Source: Cetorhinus maximus (Eukaryota). Taken from it: DNA of 64,000 nt. The position numbers were made by a program, and so were the translations under genes. How positions within the stretch are numbered: position 1 is the first letter of the stretch; each line of letters opens with the position of its first letter. The notes under the pieces were generated by a model. It was not told where the DNA came from and ran no database searches. It saw only the letters and a program-made list of their open reading frames with translations. This document shows, one piece after another, positions 48,218-62,285 of this stretch. The stretch covers positions 73,408,001 through 73,472,000 of the forward strand of contig NC_135884.1 in the NCBI RefSeq assembly GCF_964194155.1, written 5' to 3'.

Positions 48218-51200
48218 GTTACAGCAACTGCTTGAGAGGGATGCTAGCCCCAAGTCCGAGCTAAAGGGATGAACTGTGCCAATCGTAAATGGATAGAATG
48301 GAGCTGATCAACTAATTAATGAGGGTCTGGATGCTTCATTAATTTGCCCCTCCTGAACCAGAACTCACACTGACAAATTACTTTGGAGATACTCTTGTAG
48401 CTCCCCATTTCCCAGCTGTGGGTATGAGGGATGTCCAACTTGAAATGGCTGAAGTTCATTTCCCACAACTATTTGCTGCTTATAATTATTGATGGTGGTT
48501 CTGTGAGGGGAATAAGTCTTCTGATGCAGGAATGGATCCAGTGCTTTGGCACATCTTATGCTGGTTAGAGGTTGGCTTTTAAAGCATTTCTTGAAAAAGC
48601 TGTATCTCTCAGCACTTTCTAAGGTTGATGTACTTTGTTTTCTGAAGGCTAAGTCTATCTCACCAACAGTATCAGGCTCCTCATTAGCACAGCATAAGAC
48701 ATGTGGCCGGTGTCTGGATGAGTTATCCCTGCGATTCTCTCTTCTTGGGTCTGTGGCATCTTCTTCAAAATAACTTTGGAAAAAACTTAATTCCATAAAT
48801 CGTGTAGATTGCAGCTTCAAGGCAGGAAATAATGAGAGCAGAGGTGGTGATATACATGTCACACCCAGTTACCAGCTTGCTCTTGCTGTACTAAACTGGG
48901 TTCAATCCCTCATATAAAATTCCACATTGTAACTGTAGCTCTATAAGGCTATAATATAGGGTGGGGAAGGATAGTTTGAGAATAAACATAGGGTTCTGAC
49001 ATGACTGCACTATGTTAGATGCTTTGACATCAATGCTTCTCTGCTCCCTACAGCGATGTCGTTCCCTGGAGGTCAATGAAGGTGAGCATGTTTTAAGATG
49101 TAAGCAGTTACCCAGTCAATGGTGAAATAATGACCAATGATAACAGTAGGAGCTCCAAGCCAACTTGTGTTTTTAAATTAACTTGTATGCTGGTTTTCTA
49201 TAAACTCAGCTTTATTTGGAATTAGAGAATTGCCTGTCGGTGGAAGGTATTATTCAGATTAAGATTTGTTTCTTGGAACAGATGTGAAAGTGGCTGCTGA
49301 AAGTGCCTGTAAAGTGAGTGAAGCACTTCAGTTGTATTTTATGCAGATGAAGCCAAGCAGAATTGTATAGGTTTCATAACAATAGCTGTAGTCTATCTGT
49401 GCTAAACACAACTTGATTAGTGTACTCCAATGGTGCTCATTTAATTATCAAAGAGTTGACCTCTACCAGGTGGGCAGTGAGCTGAGTACTTTCCACTTTC
49501 ACACTGCAGTGGATTACAGACCTGCCACAGTTGTTTTGTAAAACTGGTTATTAGTACATTTTGAATGGAGATGGGAAGAATACTCCCATCACTGTAACTG
49601 CAATTGCTGTTTAGCTGATGTTTGTTTGACATGCTGGTATAAGAATGGAGACTAGGTGGGAGTTAGGGAATGGTTAAGGGATGTTGCACTTGATAGAAAG
49701 TTGCCAGCATTCTGATGGATGAAGCAATGACATCATGTCGCTGTTTCCTGGCTGCACTGAATTATTTTTAAATATATATATTTTGTGGATTTTAAGTAAA
49801 AGAGTTACAAGTCTGATTGCTGCATTTGTCACCTTGGTTAGTGTGAAAATTACCCAAAGGTACAGAGATATATTATCATCTAAACTAAAGTATAAACAAG
49901 GTTCAAGAGCAAAGTATGTCAGAAGCAATTGCTGAGAGCAGGCCTCAGTAATACACAGTTGGACAGGCTGCATTCGCTATGCTGGGCTGTCGCCAGCAAT
50001 TGACTGACTGCTCCAATAAAGGCTGATTGGTTCTTGCTGCCATTTTGCTGGAATGCTTTTGGGAATTTCTGCAATGTTTGATAATTGATGGAGTTGAGGT
50101 GATGTAGCTGATTGGGTGACATGTATAGCTTTCTGTGTACAAACACAGTGGAGCAGGCCTAGAGAACGATGGATAAATCATTTTAATGCTCAGGTCTGCA
50201 TGTAAATTCACACAAGAACAGTCTATCAAATTCAACACAAGCAGCAGCTTCACGCACTCTCCACACCTCCAACAAAAGGGACTCCCAGTAAAAGTATTAA
50301 AAGCAGGAATCATTGGGCTTTCACACTGCATGCAGTTTCAGTGATGTGGAACAAAAGGCTTACCACTTGTAGAGGCCTTCCCTCACCTGTAACACATCTA
50401 ACAGCAACAGAACTGGGTCCTAGTAACCTACCTGCGCTCTTTATAATCACCGTTGAAACAACTGTTTGTGGAATTCTTGTTTTGTAAAAATTAAACTGGA
50501 AATTCTGAACCATTAAGGGATTCTCAGGCAGTTCTCAGACCATGACAACACACTTTTATATTGGAACCACACAGCTAGTCACAATGTTCAATCTTTCATT
50601 ACTTGGATGTGGTTGAGAGATAACATCTACAGTTAACCCTCAGCTCTGTTGGATTCTCATCTCTAAACAAGTCAGTGGTTCAACTTAACACTCTCATCTG
50701 TGCACAGCCCAACAGCCATAACAATAGTTCCAACTGGTGATGGAGGAGGGCCAACAATTGCACTGTTCTTTTAGGGACACTTGCAGTGTGAAATGTTAAG
50801 TTCTAGCTTTAAATTGCACTGCTGCTTGGGCTACAACACTTGACCAGCTATCATTGATGAATGCAAGGTGAGGTGGTTTTGGTGAAGTGCGTGTTGTGGG
50901 TTGACCAAGTGCTGGTGACTCAGTGTTTGTCACCACAATTGCTGGTGTGAATGAGGTCTGGTGGGTACAATTAGGTTTGATTAGTGAAGAAGGGCAAATC
51001 ATTAAGATTGAGAGTCAGAACACTCTCTCATGCATACTGTGCTGGTAGCTCTGGGCAGTCGCAGAGCATGCTACCAGGAGGATTTGGCATCGGTTAAAGC
51101 TGCACAACTCCCATGGGGCAATTACACTGTCTACCCACTGCTGTCTGAGAGCTCAGTGCTGATATGCCTCTCACTCATTGGGCTTCTTTCTTCCAACAAT

Positions 51201-51806
51201 TTTCTTTATTATTACTTTTAGAACTTGTTGATTTAAGCTGGCCAAGTTTTAGTCAGTAACACATGTTTCACAAACTGGGGCGTGGACAAGGAGAAGTCTC
51301 CAGGAACCTCTAACATTTGTATGCAAGATCCCCTTGACAATCCAGAATCTAGGATCGAAATGTCATGACAAAACAACTTTCTTACTGCTATTAATGTTAG
51401 TGAGGTTTACATTGTTCTGCTGTCGTAAACAGCTGTGTCAAAAATATGACTTAACACAGCCATTTCCCTTTGTTAGTTGCCTTTGGACAGTAACATAGAA
51501 CATACGGAGACACAAGATCCTGACTCGTGCAATATTCAGTGTCAGGCACAATTCAAGATTTTGATATGTTAGATAAACATTTCTTCAAATTCAAACTGAA
51601 GGGGTAATGATGAGAAAAACACTAAAGGATGGAAGTGCAGGGGACACTAGGTCAGACAGTTGGGTATGGGAGGCTTGGGGAAGTTGGCCATTTGAGTGAT
51701 GTGACTGGGGCACAGACAAAAATGTGGTGACACAACTGGAAAGGATCACTGATATCACCATGAGACAACTCAGGGATGCCACTAAACTTCAGCATTACTG
51801 GGCCTG

Positions 51807-51884
51807 GGCCAGATTCTCGATGTCAAGCACATCAAATTAAAACCTCAGCCCCATATCAATGGGGCCTAAGCTGGGAATCCAGCC
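51807..51884. mobile_element. 78-bp MITE-like hairpin
   Basis: CTG-GGCCAGATTCTC ... GGGAATCCAGCC-CTG: imperfect TIR with matching 3-bp flanks. Confidence 0.5.
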
Positions 51885-52665
51885 CTGGTAAAGCAATCAG
51901 ATGGACAGGAATTGCAGCAAAACACTTCCCATGTAGGATTGTGTAGCAAGACTGCTCAGAATGCCTGGCGGAATCTTTGAGTTTGAAGGAAATGTTCCCA
52001 TTGTTTTCTGACGAACTGGGTTAAGGATAAAACCTAATCCAGCACAAAGGGCAATGAACAATGCAGCTGATCAACATATACGCAAATTCTGTCAGTGGTG
52101 AGAAGTTCCCAACAAAAACCTTAATGGTCAGTGAAAGAGATTCAGGCAGTTCTAAGCAGCTTCCCTGGAGCATAAAATAATCAATAAAAGGATGTCTTCT
52201 CACAGGTTACTGGATAATTAACTGGTTGTTCCAAACCCCTGCCTGGCTCTTACTGACACCAAACAATACAGTAGGAGACACAGAGACATGTGTTTCCTAT
52301 TGCTTTCAATATATTTAAACTTGACCCCAATTTTTGTCTCATGAGCTGGTATATGGTAGGCATTAGGACCCAGTGTGGCATTCATTGTTAAGACACAATT
52401 TGCTTGTCAGTGTTCCATGGGATAGAGCGATATCCAATCTGTAAATTGCCCTTCAGAACACGTTTGACTCAGTCACTAGTGATCAATATTTGAAACAAGA
52501 TAGCAGTCTAACAAGCATATCACTGCTCAGTAAAACGCTGACAATCACTCCCTTAGTGAACATCGGATATTGATCATTCCGATCCCTGCATAATGCGTAG
52601 TCCCCAATGTCCTGAAGCAGCATCTCTCCTTTACCCTCAGTGTTGAAAAGCAGGGTCAGTAACAA

Positions 52666-52765
52666 CTAGGAGGAGGATGGTTTTGTGTAATCATCCACTG
52701 CTGTGATCATGGCCTTGCAGAAGAAACAATCTTTGTTGTTCATCAGATGCTGGTTGATGCAGGCC
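52666..52765 (-). CDS. RNF123: RNF123 (KPC1 E3 ligase) last coding exon, C-terminal half of RING finger
   Basis: Minus strand ...gtccttccag|(K)[32 protein letters not shown] matches the recalled RNF123 C-terminus. Not in the ORF track. Confidence 0.92.
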
Positions 52766-53184
52766 CTGGAAGGACAACAGCAACAATTAAAATCCTGATT
52801 TAGTGGCTCAAAAACTTAGCTCAGCGGCTTCCTGAGCGTCTATTCCTTCTCGCCATGTAGTGTAACACCTATACAGGAGAAACAAAGCTTCAGAAGGGCT
52901 GGCCCCTCACTGCTTCCAAATACCATGAAATATTTCACAAATCTCATTTTCAGCTTTCCACTAAGTGTTTAAAATTGGGAGTCCTTATCTGTGCCACTTC
53001 AGTCCATACTATATACTGAAGGACAAAATATTTCATTGACTGAGTTATTTTGGAACTCAAAGGTGTTAGGGGAGTAAAATACACAAGAGTAGAGTTTCAG
53101 GGAGAGGGTTCAGGGTGGGCACAAGGGAGGAGAGAGGGAGGAATGCAGAGTAAATTCCCTTCCTAAAGCTGGCCCTTCAGTAAT

Positions 53185-53760
53185 ATGGGCTGAGTTTTAT
53201 CATCGTGAGCTGACACCACCTCAGCAGTTTCCAGGGCCCTGGCTGCATTTTTCAGAATCAGATGATTAACGAGTTTAAAGGACGGCCGCCCATCCCCAAG
53301 AGCTGTGGGCCAATTGGATGGCCGGAGGTTAAGGAGCAGTGGCCACACCGGGACTGCACCTGGAAGTCGAGGATGCATGGACGCAGGTTGCCCTCCCAAA
53401 CAGGTGAGTGGGGTCAGGGGAGGGGGAATGGTTACTGAGGGCATGGGGTGTTGTGGGGTCAGGGGGTGATGGGGGAGTTGCCATAGGGGCAGCCATTGAT
53501 CCGCAGGCCACAGGTTGCCCGATTAGGAGGCCCCCCACTTCTCCCCAAGCCTGCAGGGTGGCCACCAGAGCTTACCAGGTGGTCTCCCCACATGGCAGAG
53601 GGTCCACACATTACTGGTAAAATGCCGGTGGCCACTTATTGTGGCTGAATTAGCCTCTGGGCGGGAGGGCTGTGCCCTACCTTCCCCACCACTGGTAAAA
53701 TAGCATGGGGCCAGGGAGGTTGCAGAGATAACGAGGCATGATGGCAAAAACCGAGGCAAT
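53185..53760. mobile_element. Probable decayed GC-rich non-autonomous DNA transposon in the last RNF123 intron
   Basis: Starts GGGCTGAGTTTTA, similar to the TIRs above, with a GC-rich body. The right TIR is unclear. Confidence 0.4.
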
Positions 53761-54039
53761 ATAAACACTGAACGGCGGGGCCTGGGGTGGACGTGGGGTA
53801 TTGCTGGATGCATCACTGAAAGCTTCAGTACATGGTGTGAAGCAGTGAAGCGAGATAAGGGCATCTTTGTACAGCTCAAGGGATAGGCCACAGATTTTAG
53901 CAAGTGATTGGGAATTTGTACTGAGCAGTGGTCTGGCCTCAGCTGTAATAATGGGTCCAGTTCTGGTCCTTGTATTATGAGAAAGAAATCCATATTGGAG
54001 AGGGGGCAGTAAGGGGCAACCACTAGGATCTGGGATTTG

Positions 54040-56360
54040 ATGCATAAGCTATGAGGAGTAGCTACAGAAACAGGGAATGTTTTGCAGAAGGCTTAGGGTG
54101 CCCTGATTGAAGTGTTCTAGGTCCTAAGTTGGATGCAAAATATTGGAACCTTTATTAAAAGATATGATAGAAAAACATCTAGAAACCAAAATTACAGTAA
54201 GTAGCCAGCACAGATTTTAAAAGGCCATATTTTGCTTATTAAATTCATTCAAGAAGTAACAGACCATTCATCAGAATGACACCAGGGCTGTGGTCAAAGA
54301 ATTCGATAGGGTAGAGAGTGAGAGACTATTTCCTCTGGTGGAGGAATCCATAATAAAGGGGCAAAACCTTAAAATTAGGGCTAGGAGTGGTGCCAGGAAG
54401 TGTTTATTGACACATAGTGTTGTGGAAATCTGGAACTCTCCCCCAGTATTATTGTGGCTGGGAGTCAGTTGAAAATTTCAAAACTAAGATTGATATATTT
54501 GTATTAGGCAGGTATATTAAGGGCTAGGGATACTAGGTAAGTAAATAAAGTTGATACAGATCAGCCATGATCTGGTAGTGCAACACGCTTGAGGGGCTAA
54601 ATGGTCTGATCCTGTTCCTGTTATTATAAACAGTGGACAACAGTGATGTGGATGTAATATATATAATTTTCAAAAGGTCTTCGAAAAGGTACTACACAGT
54701 AGAGCCATAACTAAGATCAGAACATTACAAAATGGAAAACAGAGAGTAGATATTATAGGCAGTTTATCCAGAGTAGTAAATGGTGGGAAGTGGTGTTACA
54801 TAATGATCAGTGCTAGGATCATTGTTGTTCATCATTCATGTAAACACTTTGGGCTAAGGAACCACAAGTACAATACTAAAATTTGAGAATGACACTAAAT
54901 TACAGGGTATAGTTAACACTGAGGAAGACTGTGCTAAAATACAAGACAACATTAACAAAATTGTAGAATGGGTGTATGATTGGAAAATAAGAATCTAAAT
55001 GGGAGAAAGGAGCAAAGGGATTTGGGAGTACAAACCCACAAATCATTAAAAATGCAGATTAATAAAGCCATAAACAAGACAAACAAAGCAGTCAGGTTTA
55101 TTTCTGGAGGGATGGAACTGAGGAGTAGAGAAGGTATGCTAAACCAGTATTGACCTTAGTTAGACCAGACTTAAGAGTACTTTTATACAGTCCTGGTCGC
55201 CATATTATTACCAAGGACTTAAAGGCACTAAAGTGTGCCAAAAAAGATTTACAAGGATGATACCATAATTGGGAGTTTGTACCTATCTGCAAAGGATTAT
55301 TAGGCTGGGTCTCTTTTGTCTTGAAAAGAGAAGGGCTTTGGGGTGTCCTAATAAGGGTATTTAAAATTATGAAAGGTTTTGCTAGACTAGATACAGAGAG
55401 AGTGCTTCCTTTTGTGGGGAAGAGCAAAGCCAGAGGCTGTCAATATAAGATAGAGACCAAGAAATCCAATAGGGAATTCAGAAGAAATTTCTTTACTCAG
55501 AGAGTGAGGAAAATGTGGAAATGACTACCACAGGAAGTGATTGAGACAAATAATATTGGTAGATTTAAGGGGAAACTAGGTAAACTTTTAAGGGAGAAGG
55601 GAAGAGAGAGTTACAATGATTGTCAGCATAAACGTGACATGGATTGTGGCCAAATGGCCTGTTTTTGTACTGCATATTTGATGTAATAGCTAAGTGCAGT
55701 GGAGCATTTTGCTAGGAGAAATAAGACGGCCACATGCTCCTAGGAAAATAAGAATCTAAATAGAGGAGAGTAACACTGATGTAGGGATATACAAATCACA
55801 AAGTCACTATGCAACTTAATAAGGCCAAAAGAAAACAAAATCAAACACTGAGGCTCATTACTAAAGGAATCAAATTCAAAAGCAGAGAAATGATGTTAAA
55901 CTTATATAGAACCATAAATATTAACAAGGATGATACCAGATCTGAAAGGTTATAACTATCAGGAAAGACTGAACAAGCTGGGGCTCTTTTCTGCACAAAA
56001 GGGAGAGGTTATCTAATAGGGTCTTTAAAAATTATGAAGGAGTTTGATAAGGTAAAAGTCAAAGATGTTTCCACTTGTGGGGAGTCCAAAATTAGGGCCA
56101 TAAATATAAGATATTCATTAATAAATCCAACAATGAAATTCAGGAGAAATATCTTACCCAAAGAGTGGTTAGAATGTCAACTCTGCCACAGGGAGCAACT
56201 GAGACGAATAGTGTAGATGCATTTAAAGGGAAGCTGGTTTCAGGATGAAGAAATAGAAGGCAAATGTAATAGAATTAGATGAGGGGGGATGGGTGGAGGT
56301 TCATGTGGAGTGTAAACACTGGCATAGACTTCTTGGGTTAAATGGTCAGTTTGTGCTTTA
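54040..56360 (+). mobile_element. Several old CR1 fragments in tandem
   Basis: LIRVFKIMKGF, FRRNFFTQRV and repeated CR1 3' ends near 54620, 55680, 56355. Confidence 0.8.
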
Positions 56361-56462
56361 AAACCCTTTTTAAAAAACATTGACAAGATAAATGTCAATA
56401 TATGAACATTGTCACAGAGTACAAGAGGTCTCAGTCTCAAGTTTAGCTTAGGCTGGGCTTAC

Positions 56463-56548
56463 TTGCAGGATTTGTGTGAACACGGCCTGAAGACAGCGGA
56501 GATTGGGTGAGCATAACAGATAGGGCACAGGTCTTCCTCACTGGTGGG
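56463..56548 (-). CDS. RNF123: RNF123 penultimate coding exon, N-terminal half of RING finger
   Basis: Minus strand ttttcttgcag|[28 protein letters not shown](K)|gtaag, 86 nt. The phase-2 join to the last exon restores AAG (Lys). Confidence 0.93.
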
Positions 56549-57392
56549 CTGCAAGAAAACAAAAATTGATTACAACAACCCTTAGGCTTGGCCTCCTAAT
56601 CACCACATAGCCAGCAGGCATGGTCATTGCCCCATCCTATCCTTTCATATTCACACTGACACTTCACTCAAAATACAGCCAAATCCTTTCAAAACCTGTT
56701 ACCCTTGGAGCAATATGTCAGCATTAGTAAACTTCAATCTTACTGTTGTGTATAACATTGAATCCCAATCTCTGTTGTTAGCACCCAAAGTAATTGACCG
56801 GATGTGAAAGGCTGTAAGGTATCCCAAGGGTGTGATCAGTTCTATAAATGCAACGTCTCTTTTTAATGTGTTTCTGGATGATGAACCTCCCTCCAATCAC
56901 TGCTCTACCACTCTTTCATCTTCTACAAGAAGCTGGGCTCTGCTGTTTTGACAGAGACACAGGGAGGAAGGACATGATCAGGTCCCTGCGTTACCCCAAC
57001 AGCTGTCCCTAACCTGACAGCAGGATCATGGGCCCCTCCCTTATTTTGCTTCTGATATATGTTCCTGTGCCATTGCTAACCTGAAAGAAACCTTGAGTCA
57101 TTGAGGATGATGATTACAAAACCTGGTAAGATTTGGGCATACCAGCCACTGTTCTTAGTGATTTCACCGAGGCCCTGCAAAACCAACTGCAGCTCCTGGA
57201 AGCTCACACCTGACTATGGGCTGTAGTAGATAGAAAGAGTCTGCTGCACTGCATGTTTACCCATGATAGGACAAATGTTGTCAGGAGAGGTACAGAATAC
57301 CATACAGCAGAACATGTGTGCAAACGTACAAGGAAACAACATTCCTGATGGTGTGCCCAGAGTTATCACCCTGCACATAAATTGCTCCCTAT

Positions 57393-57500
57393 TATTCAGC
57401 AGAGTAAGGATCACTCACTGTGTAACTACAGAGTTCCTGTGTATTCAGCAGAGTAAGAATCACTGTGTAACTACAGAGTTCCTGTGTATTCAGCAGGGTA
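57393..57500. repeat. ~45-bp tandem duplication
   Basis: TCACTGTGTAACTACAGAGTTCCTGTGTATTCAGCAG occurs twice. Confidence 0.85.
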
Positions 57501-59374
57501 AATTACTTTTAAGTCATTATTGCCTGTTAATTCATCCATTAGTGATTGCATTTCAAATTATTCATACTGTTCTGACGTCATCTGTAAAATAATAGCAGCA
57601 CAAAATATTGATTTTGATATTTCTGACTGCACTATATAAAACATTTATTTGGAAGTAAGTTTTTTTTCTTTTTCAGGATCTCAGTAACATGGGCTGTGGG
57701 CCATAGGTTGCTCTGTTGAATGCCAAGCAGTGGGTCATGGATACGTGCTGTTGCTGGGGGACACTGCAGAGAAACTGGTGTCAAACTTAGATTTATTTGT
57801 GTATTTTTGACCTGCTTTATTTTTTAATCACGATAAAGCACCTTATATCTTACTTAGAAATAAGTTCCAACAAAGAGATTCCTTCTTTATAGTTCATCTA
57901 ACATGCTAAACTACCCCATTGTACACAGTCCATCACATTCACTGACCAGTACTTAACCAAGACCAGTCACCTATTCTAAGCCACTTGGCCTGTTCCCTGC
58001 ATGCTATTTTGTTTTCTGTTGAGCTGACCGCATCCTGAAGTGTAGCTTATGAAGCGTAGATATGAAGGGTATTCCATTTAGATAAATGATTCACAGTGAC
58101 TGCCAGTAAATACACCACCAGCATATTTAGCAGAAACAAAAATGAAGCAGATTTAACATAATGCTGCAACAAATTTTATGCTGGATTCTTTATAATTGCT
58201 TTCATTTGTCTCTTGCAAACTGAATAAAACTAATCTTTGTGAATGCTCCGATCATCGGAAATGTTTTGTTATGAGGCCTACTTTGTATTCGATAATGCAG
58301 GTTACGCAGTGTCCCCCTGGGCTGGGTTTCTGTTGCCACAAATTAACCATCGGACTGCTCACAGATAAAGATATCAAACAGAATATTTAAACAATCTGCA
58401 CCTATGTTCCCCAAATTATTTGTACTTTATTTACTATCAATTATCAAATTTTTTTTCTTATTTTAGTATCTGACTTGTGATCCTCAGTTTCTTCTCAGGA
58501 GTAACTCTTTTGAGATGAGAGAATTAGTTTCTTTATAAAGCTTCTGTAGTTGTTACATTTTGTACTTACTCCTACTAATTACATGTAACAAGAGGTTGAG
58601 AATAATAAGCCACTAGAAGTAAGAAAGATGTAGAATCATACAGCATAGAAGGAGGCCATTCAGTCCATCGGGCCTATGCTGACCCTTTAAAAGAGCTATT
58701 CAAATAGTCCCACTCTCCTGCAAAATTTCATTTTCATGTATATGGTCAACTCACTTTTGAAAGGCACAATATTCCAGGTCATGACAGCTTACTGCATCAA
58801 ACCAATTCTCATCTTGCCTCTGGCTCCTTTGCCAATTATTTTAAATCTGTTGATCTCTGGTTACTGACCATCCTGCCAGTGGAAACAGTCTCTAAGGTAC
58901 ACAGCATTCACACATAGCCATGTTAACTATCCTATGAGTCATGGCACACATAGGGTCACAGGAGATACAAAAATACAGAACGGCTTTATTGCTTTGTTGG
59001 TGCAGTGCGCAGAAGCAAATGACTGCACATCAAAGAGAGCACGGATGGCAAACTGCAATGTCTAAGCAGCAATTTTAATGCCAGGCGATAATAATGTTCT
59101 ACAAAGAACATAGGAACAGGAGACTGCCATTGGGAGGGAATGGTGAATGGAGCTGCACAGAGACATAACTGTGTGACTGATAAGGAACATGGAATTATGG
59201 GTGGCAATAGTAATACCAGATGTGCATAAAGCTTTTAGTGCAAAAAAGTGAGCGCTTCCTACAAATCTATACTGAGTCTAGAATTTGTTTAAAAGGCACT
59301 ACTAGATATAAAATAAACATACAAATAGCTGACAAGATGGAGTACAATTAACCAAGAAAGGATGAGGGAAGGGC

Positions 59375-60490
59375 CACTGATTGGGGAGAAGGGGATGGGG
59401 GGAATGGTGAGAGGGGGGCATTAATTAGGGGAACGGTGAGAGGGGCATTGATTGGGGAAATGATGAGAGGGAGGCATTGATTTGGGGAATGATGAGAGGG
59501 GCACTGATTGGGGGAATGGTGAGAGGAGGGCACTGATTGGGGGAATGGTGAGAGGGAGGCATTGATTTGGGGAATGATGAGAGGGGGCACTGATTGGGGG
59601 AATGGTGAGAGGGGGCATTGATTGCGGGAATAGTGAGGGGGGGCAGTGATTGGGGGAATGGTGAGAGGGGGGCACTGATTGGGGGAATGATGAGAGGGAG
59701 GCATTGATTGGGGGAATGGTGAGGGGGGCAGTGATTGGGGGAATGGTGAGGGGGGGCACTGATTAGGGAATGATGAGAGGGAGGCAGTGATTGGGGGAAT
59801 GGTGAGAGGGGGGCACTGATTAGGGAATGATGAGAGGGAGGCAGTGATTGGGGGAATGGTGAGAGGGGGGCACCGATTGGGGGAATGGTGAGAGGGGGGC
59901 ACTGATTGGGGGAATGGTGAGAAGGGGGCACTGATTGGGGAAATGATGAGAGGGAGGCATTGATTTGGGGAATGGTGAGAGGGGCACTGATTGGGGGAAT
60001 GGTGAGAGGGGGGCACTGATTGGGGGAATGGTGAGAGGGGGGCACTGATTGGGGGAATAGTGAGAGGGGAGCACTGATTAGGTGAATGGTGAGGGGGGCA
60101 ATGATTGGGCGAATGGTGAGGGGGGGGCAATGATTGGGGGAATGGTGAGAGGGGGGAATGTTGAGAGGGGCCAATGATTGGGGGAATGGTGAGAGGGGGC
60201 AATGATTGGGGGAATGGTGAGAGGGCAATGATTGGGGGAATGGTGACAGGGGCACAGATTGGGGGAATGGTGAGAGGGCACAGATTGGGGGAATGGTGAG
60301 AGGGCACTGATTGGGGGAAGGTGATAGGGAGCAATTATTGGGGGATTGGTGAGAGGGGGGCAATGATTGGGGGAATGGTGAAAGGGGGCAGTGATTGGGG
60401 GAAGGTGATGGGGGCAATGATTGGGGGAATGGTGAGTGGGGGAATGGTGAGGGGGGCACTGATTGGGGGAATGGTGAGGGGGGGGCACTG
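59375..60490. repeat. ~28-bp G-rich minisatellite (GCACTGATTGGGGGAATGGTGAGAGGGG)
   Basis: Visible periodicity; source of the Pro-rich minus-strand ORFs. Confidence 0.97.
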
Positions 60491-61736
60491 TTTTTCCTCT
60501 TTGTTTATTCATTCATGCAATGTAGATATTTCTGGCATTTACTGAACATCTTTAGTTAGCCATGGGAAAGCTGTCGTCAGTTATCTTTTTTAACCGCTGC
60601 TGTCAATGTGGCGAAGGTGTTCCTACAGTTGCCCCATCACAGTAGGGGCCAGAGTTGGAGAGTGCAAAGATAGTAAAGAGTGTAGGGATGGAGAAGTGTA
60701 CAGGGATTGGGGTGTGGGGATGATGGGGCGGATTCAAACAAGAGGGTGAGAATTTTAATTTGAAAGTGAACCAGCCAACATAGGGTTAGCGAACAAAGAG
60801 GGAATTGAGGAATCAGGCTTGGAGACAGTTAGATTATGGGCAGTGGAGCTTTGGATGAGGTGAATAATGGTTAGTATAATCAAGTGGATAAAGATGCATT
60901 CAAATTGCTGCTGTAATTAGGAACTTTGAGCCCTTTCTTGTCTGGAGCTGTTGTTCTGTCTCAGTGGACGAGGACTATGTAAAGGACACCTATAGTCTTT
61001 CTGCTGTCCTTAAGCTACAACCCTGCCCCATTGAGATAATGCTTGTGACTGAGATACCTATCTGAGGAAGAAGGGAAGCCTGGTACTCAGCATTGTAATG
61101 ATGTCTGCTTTCCAATGGAAGAAGGGAGCCATGAATTTTGGTTCACCAATCGCCTTGTTTGTGAGCCCATCAGATGAAATGTATCCTTTTATCGATCTTG
61201 GAGCTGTGTAGAGCTACAATATCCTTAGTGACATTGTGCTCAGAGCCCAGACAGCAGGGACCCATTCTCTTCCTATCTCATGGATGAATAAGACTGCAGA
61301 GAATATTTTAAGCACAGGTCGAGCCAAGTAGGTGTCATGGATGTCAGCAGCTCTAATTGATTTGTACCTTCCTGGCCCCCCTTTGGCCCATTCTGCTCTC
61401 TGAGGTCAGGATTGGGTTCAGATTCCTGTTCACCGATCTCTGCCATTAGATCCCTGAGATTGGAAGAATTTGGGGGTGAGCCTGTGGACCTCCTGAAGCA
61501 AATCAAGATGTCCAACAACTTCACCTAGAAATGTGAAAGACTTTCGTTCAGCTTCCTTCGGGCCTCCTAACTAATTAAGTCATCTGCTCGTGGGGCTGGT
61601 CCTCCAACAATGGTTTAGCAACTTGGAATGGTCAAAGGCGTTTGTTCTACATGAGGGCTGTCAGTCTCAGCTGGTGTCATTCTATAACATCACCTGTGGT
61701 GCTCAAACCCTCATCCATACCTTTGTTACTTCCAAT

Positions 61737-62285
61737 ACACTGAGGATGGAGTGGGGGTGGGCTGGGGGAGAGACAGACACTGAGGATGGAGTGGGGGTGG
61801 GCTAGGGGGAGAGACAGACACTGAGGATGGAGTGGGGGTGGGCTAGGGGGAGAGACAGACACTGAGGATGGAGTGGGGGTGGGCTAGGGGGAGAGACAGA
61901 CACTGAGGATGGAGTGGGGGTGGGCTAGGGGGAGAGACAGACACTGAGGATGGAGTGGGGGTGGGCTAGGGGGAGAGACAGACACAGGATGGAGTGGGAG
62001 TGGACTAGGAGAGACAGACACTGAGGATGGAATGGGGGTGGGCTAGGGGGAGAGACAGACACTGAGGATGGAGTGGGGATGGGCTAGGGGGAGAGGCAGA
62101 CACTGAGGATGGAATGGGGGTGGGCTAGGGGGAGAGACAGACACTGAGGATGGAGTGGGGGTGGGCTAGGGGGAGAGACAGACACTGAGGATGGAGTGGG
62201 GGTGGGCTAGGGGGAGAGACAGACACTGAGGATGGAGTGGGGATGGGCTAGGGGGAGAGGCAGACACTGAGGTTGGAATGGGGGT
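61737..62285. repeat. 41-bp G-rich minisatellite (ACACTGAGGATGGAGTGGGGGTGGGCTAGGGGGAGAGACAG), about 13 units
   Basis: Visible periodicity. Confidence 0.97.

Noticed and set aside
49990-50050. CCAAT, ATTGG and YY1-like GCCATTTT cluster suggesting an internal promoter
   Set aside because: No CpG island. Short motifs like these are expected by chance, and the CCAAT overlaps a likely poly(A) signal.
57143-57210. Minus-strand VSFQELQLVLQGLGEITKNSG as the next RNF123 exon
   Set aside because: Only faint resemblance, wrong phase for the phase-0 acceptor at 56548, and an in-frame stop just upstream. The true exon is probably beyond the window.
59348-60512. Pro/His-rich 300+ aa minus-strand ORFs
   Set aside because: Artefact of the 28-bp G-rich array; no similarity to RNF123.
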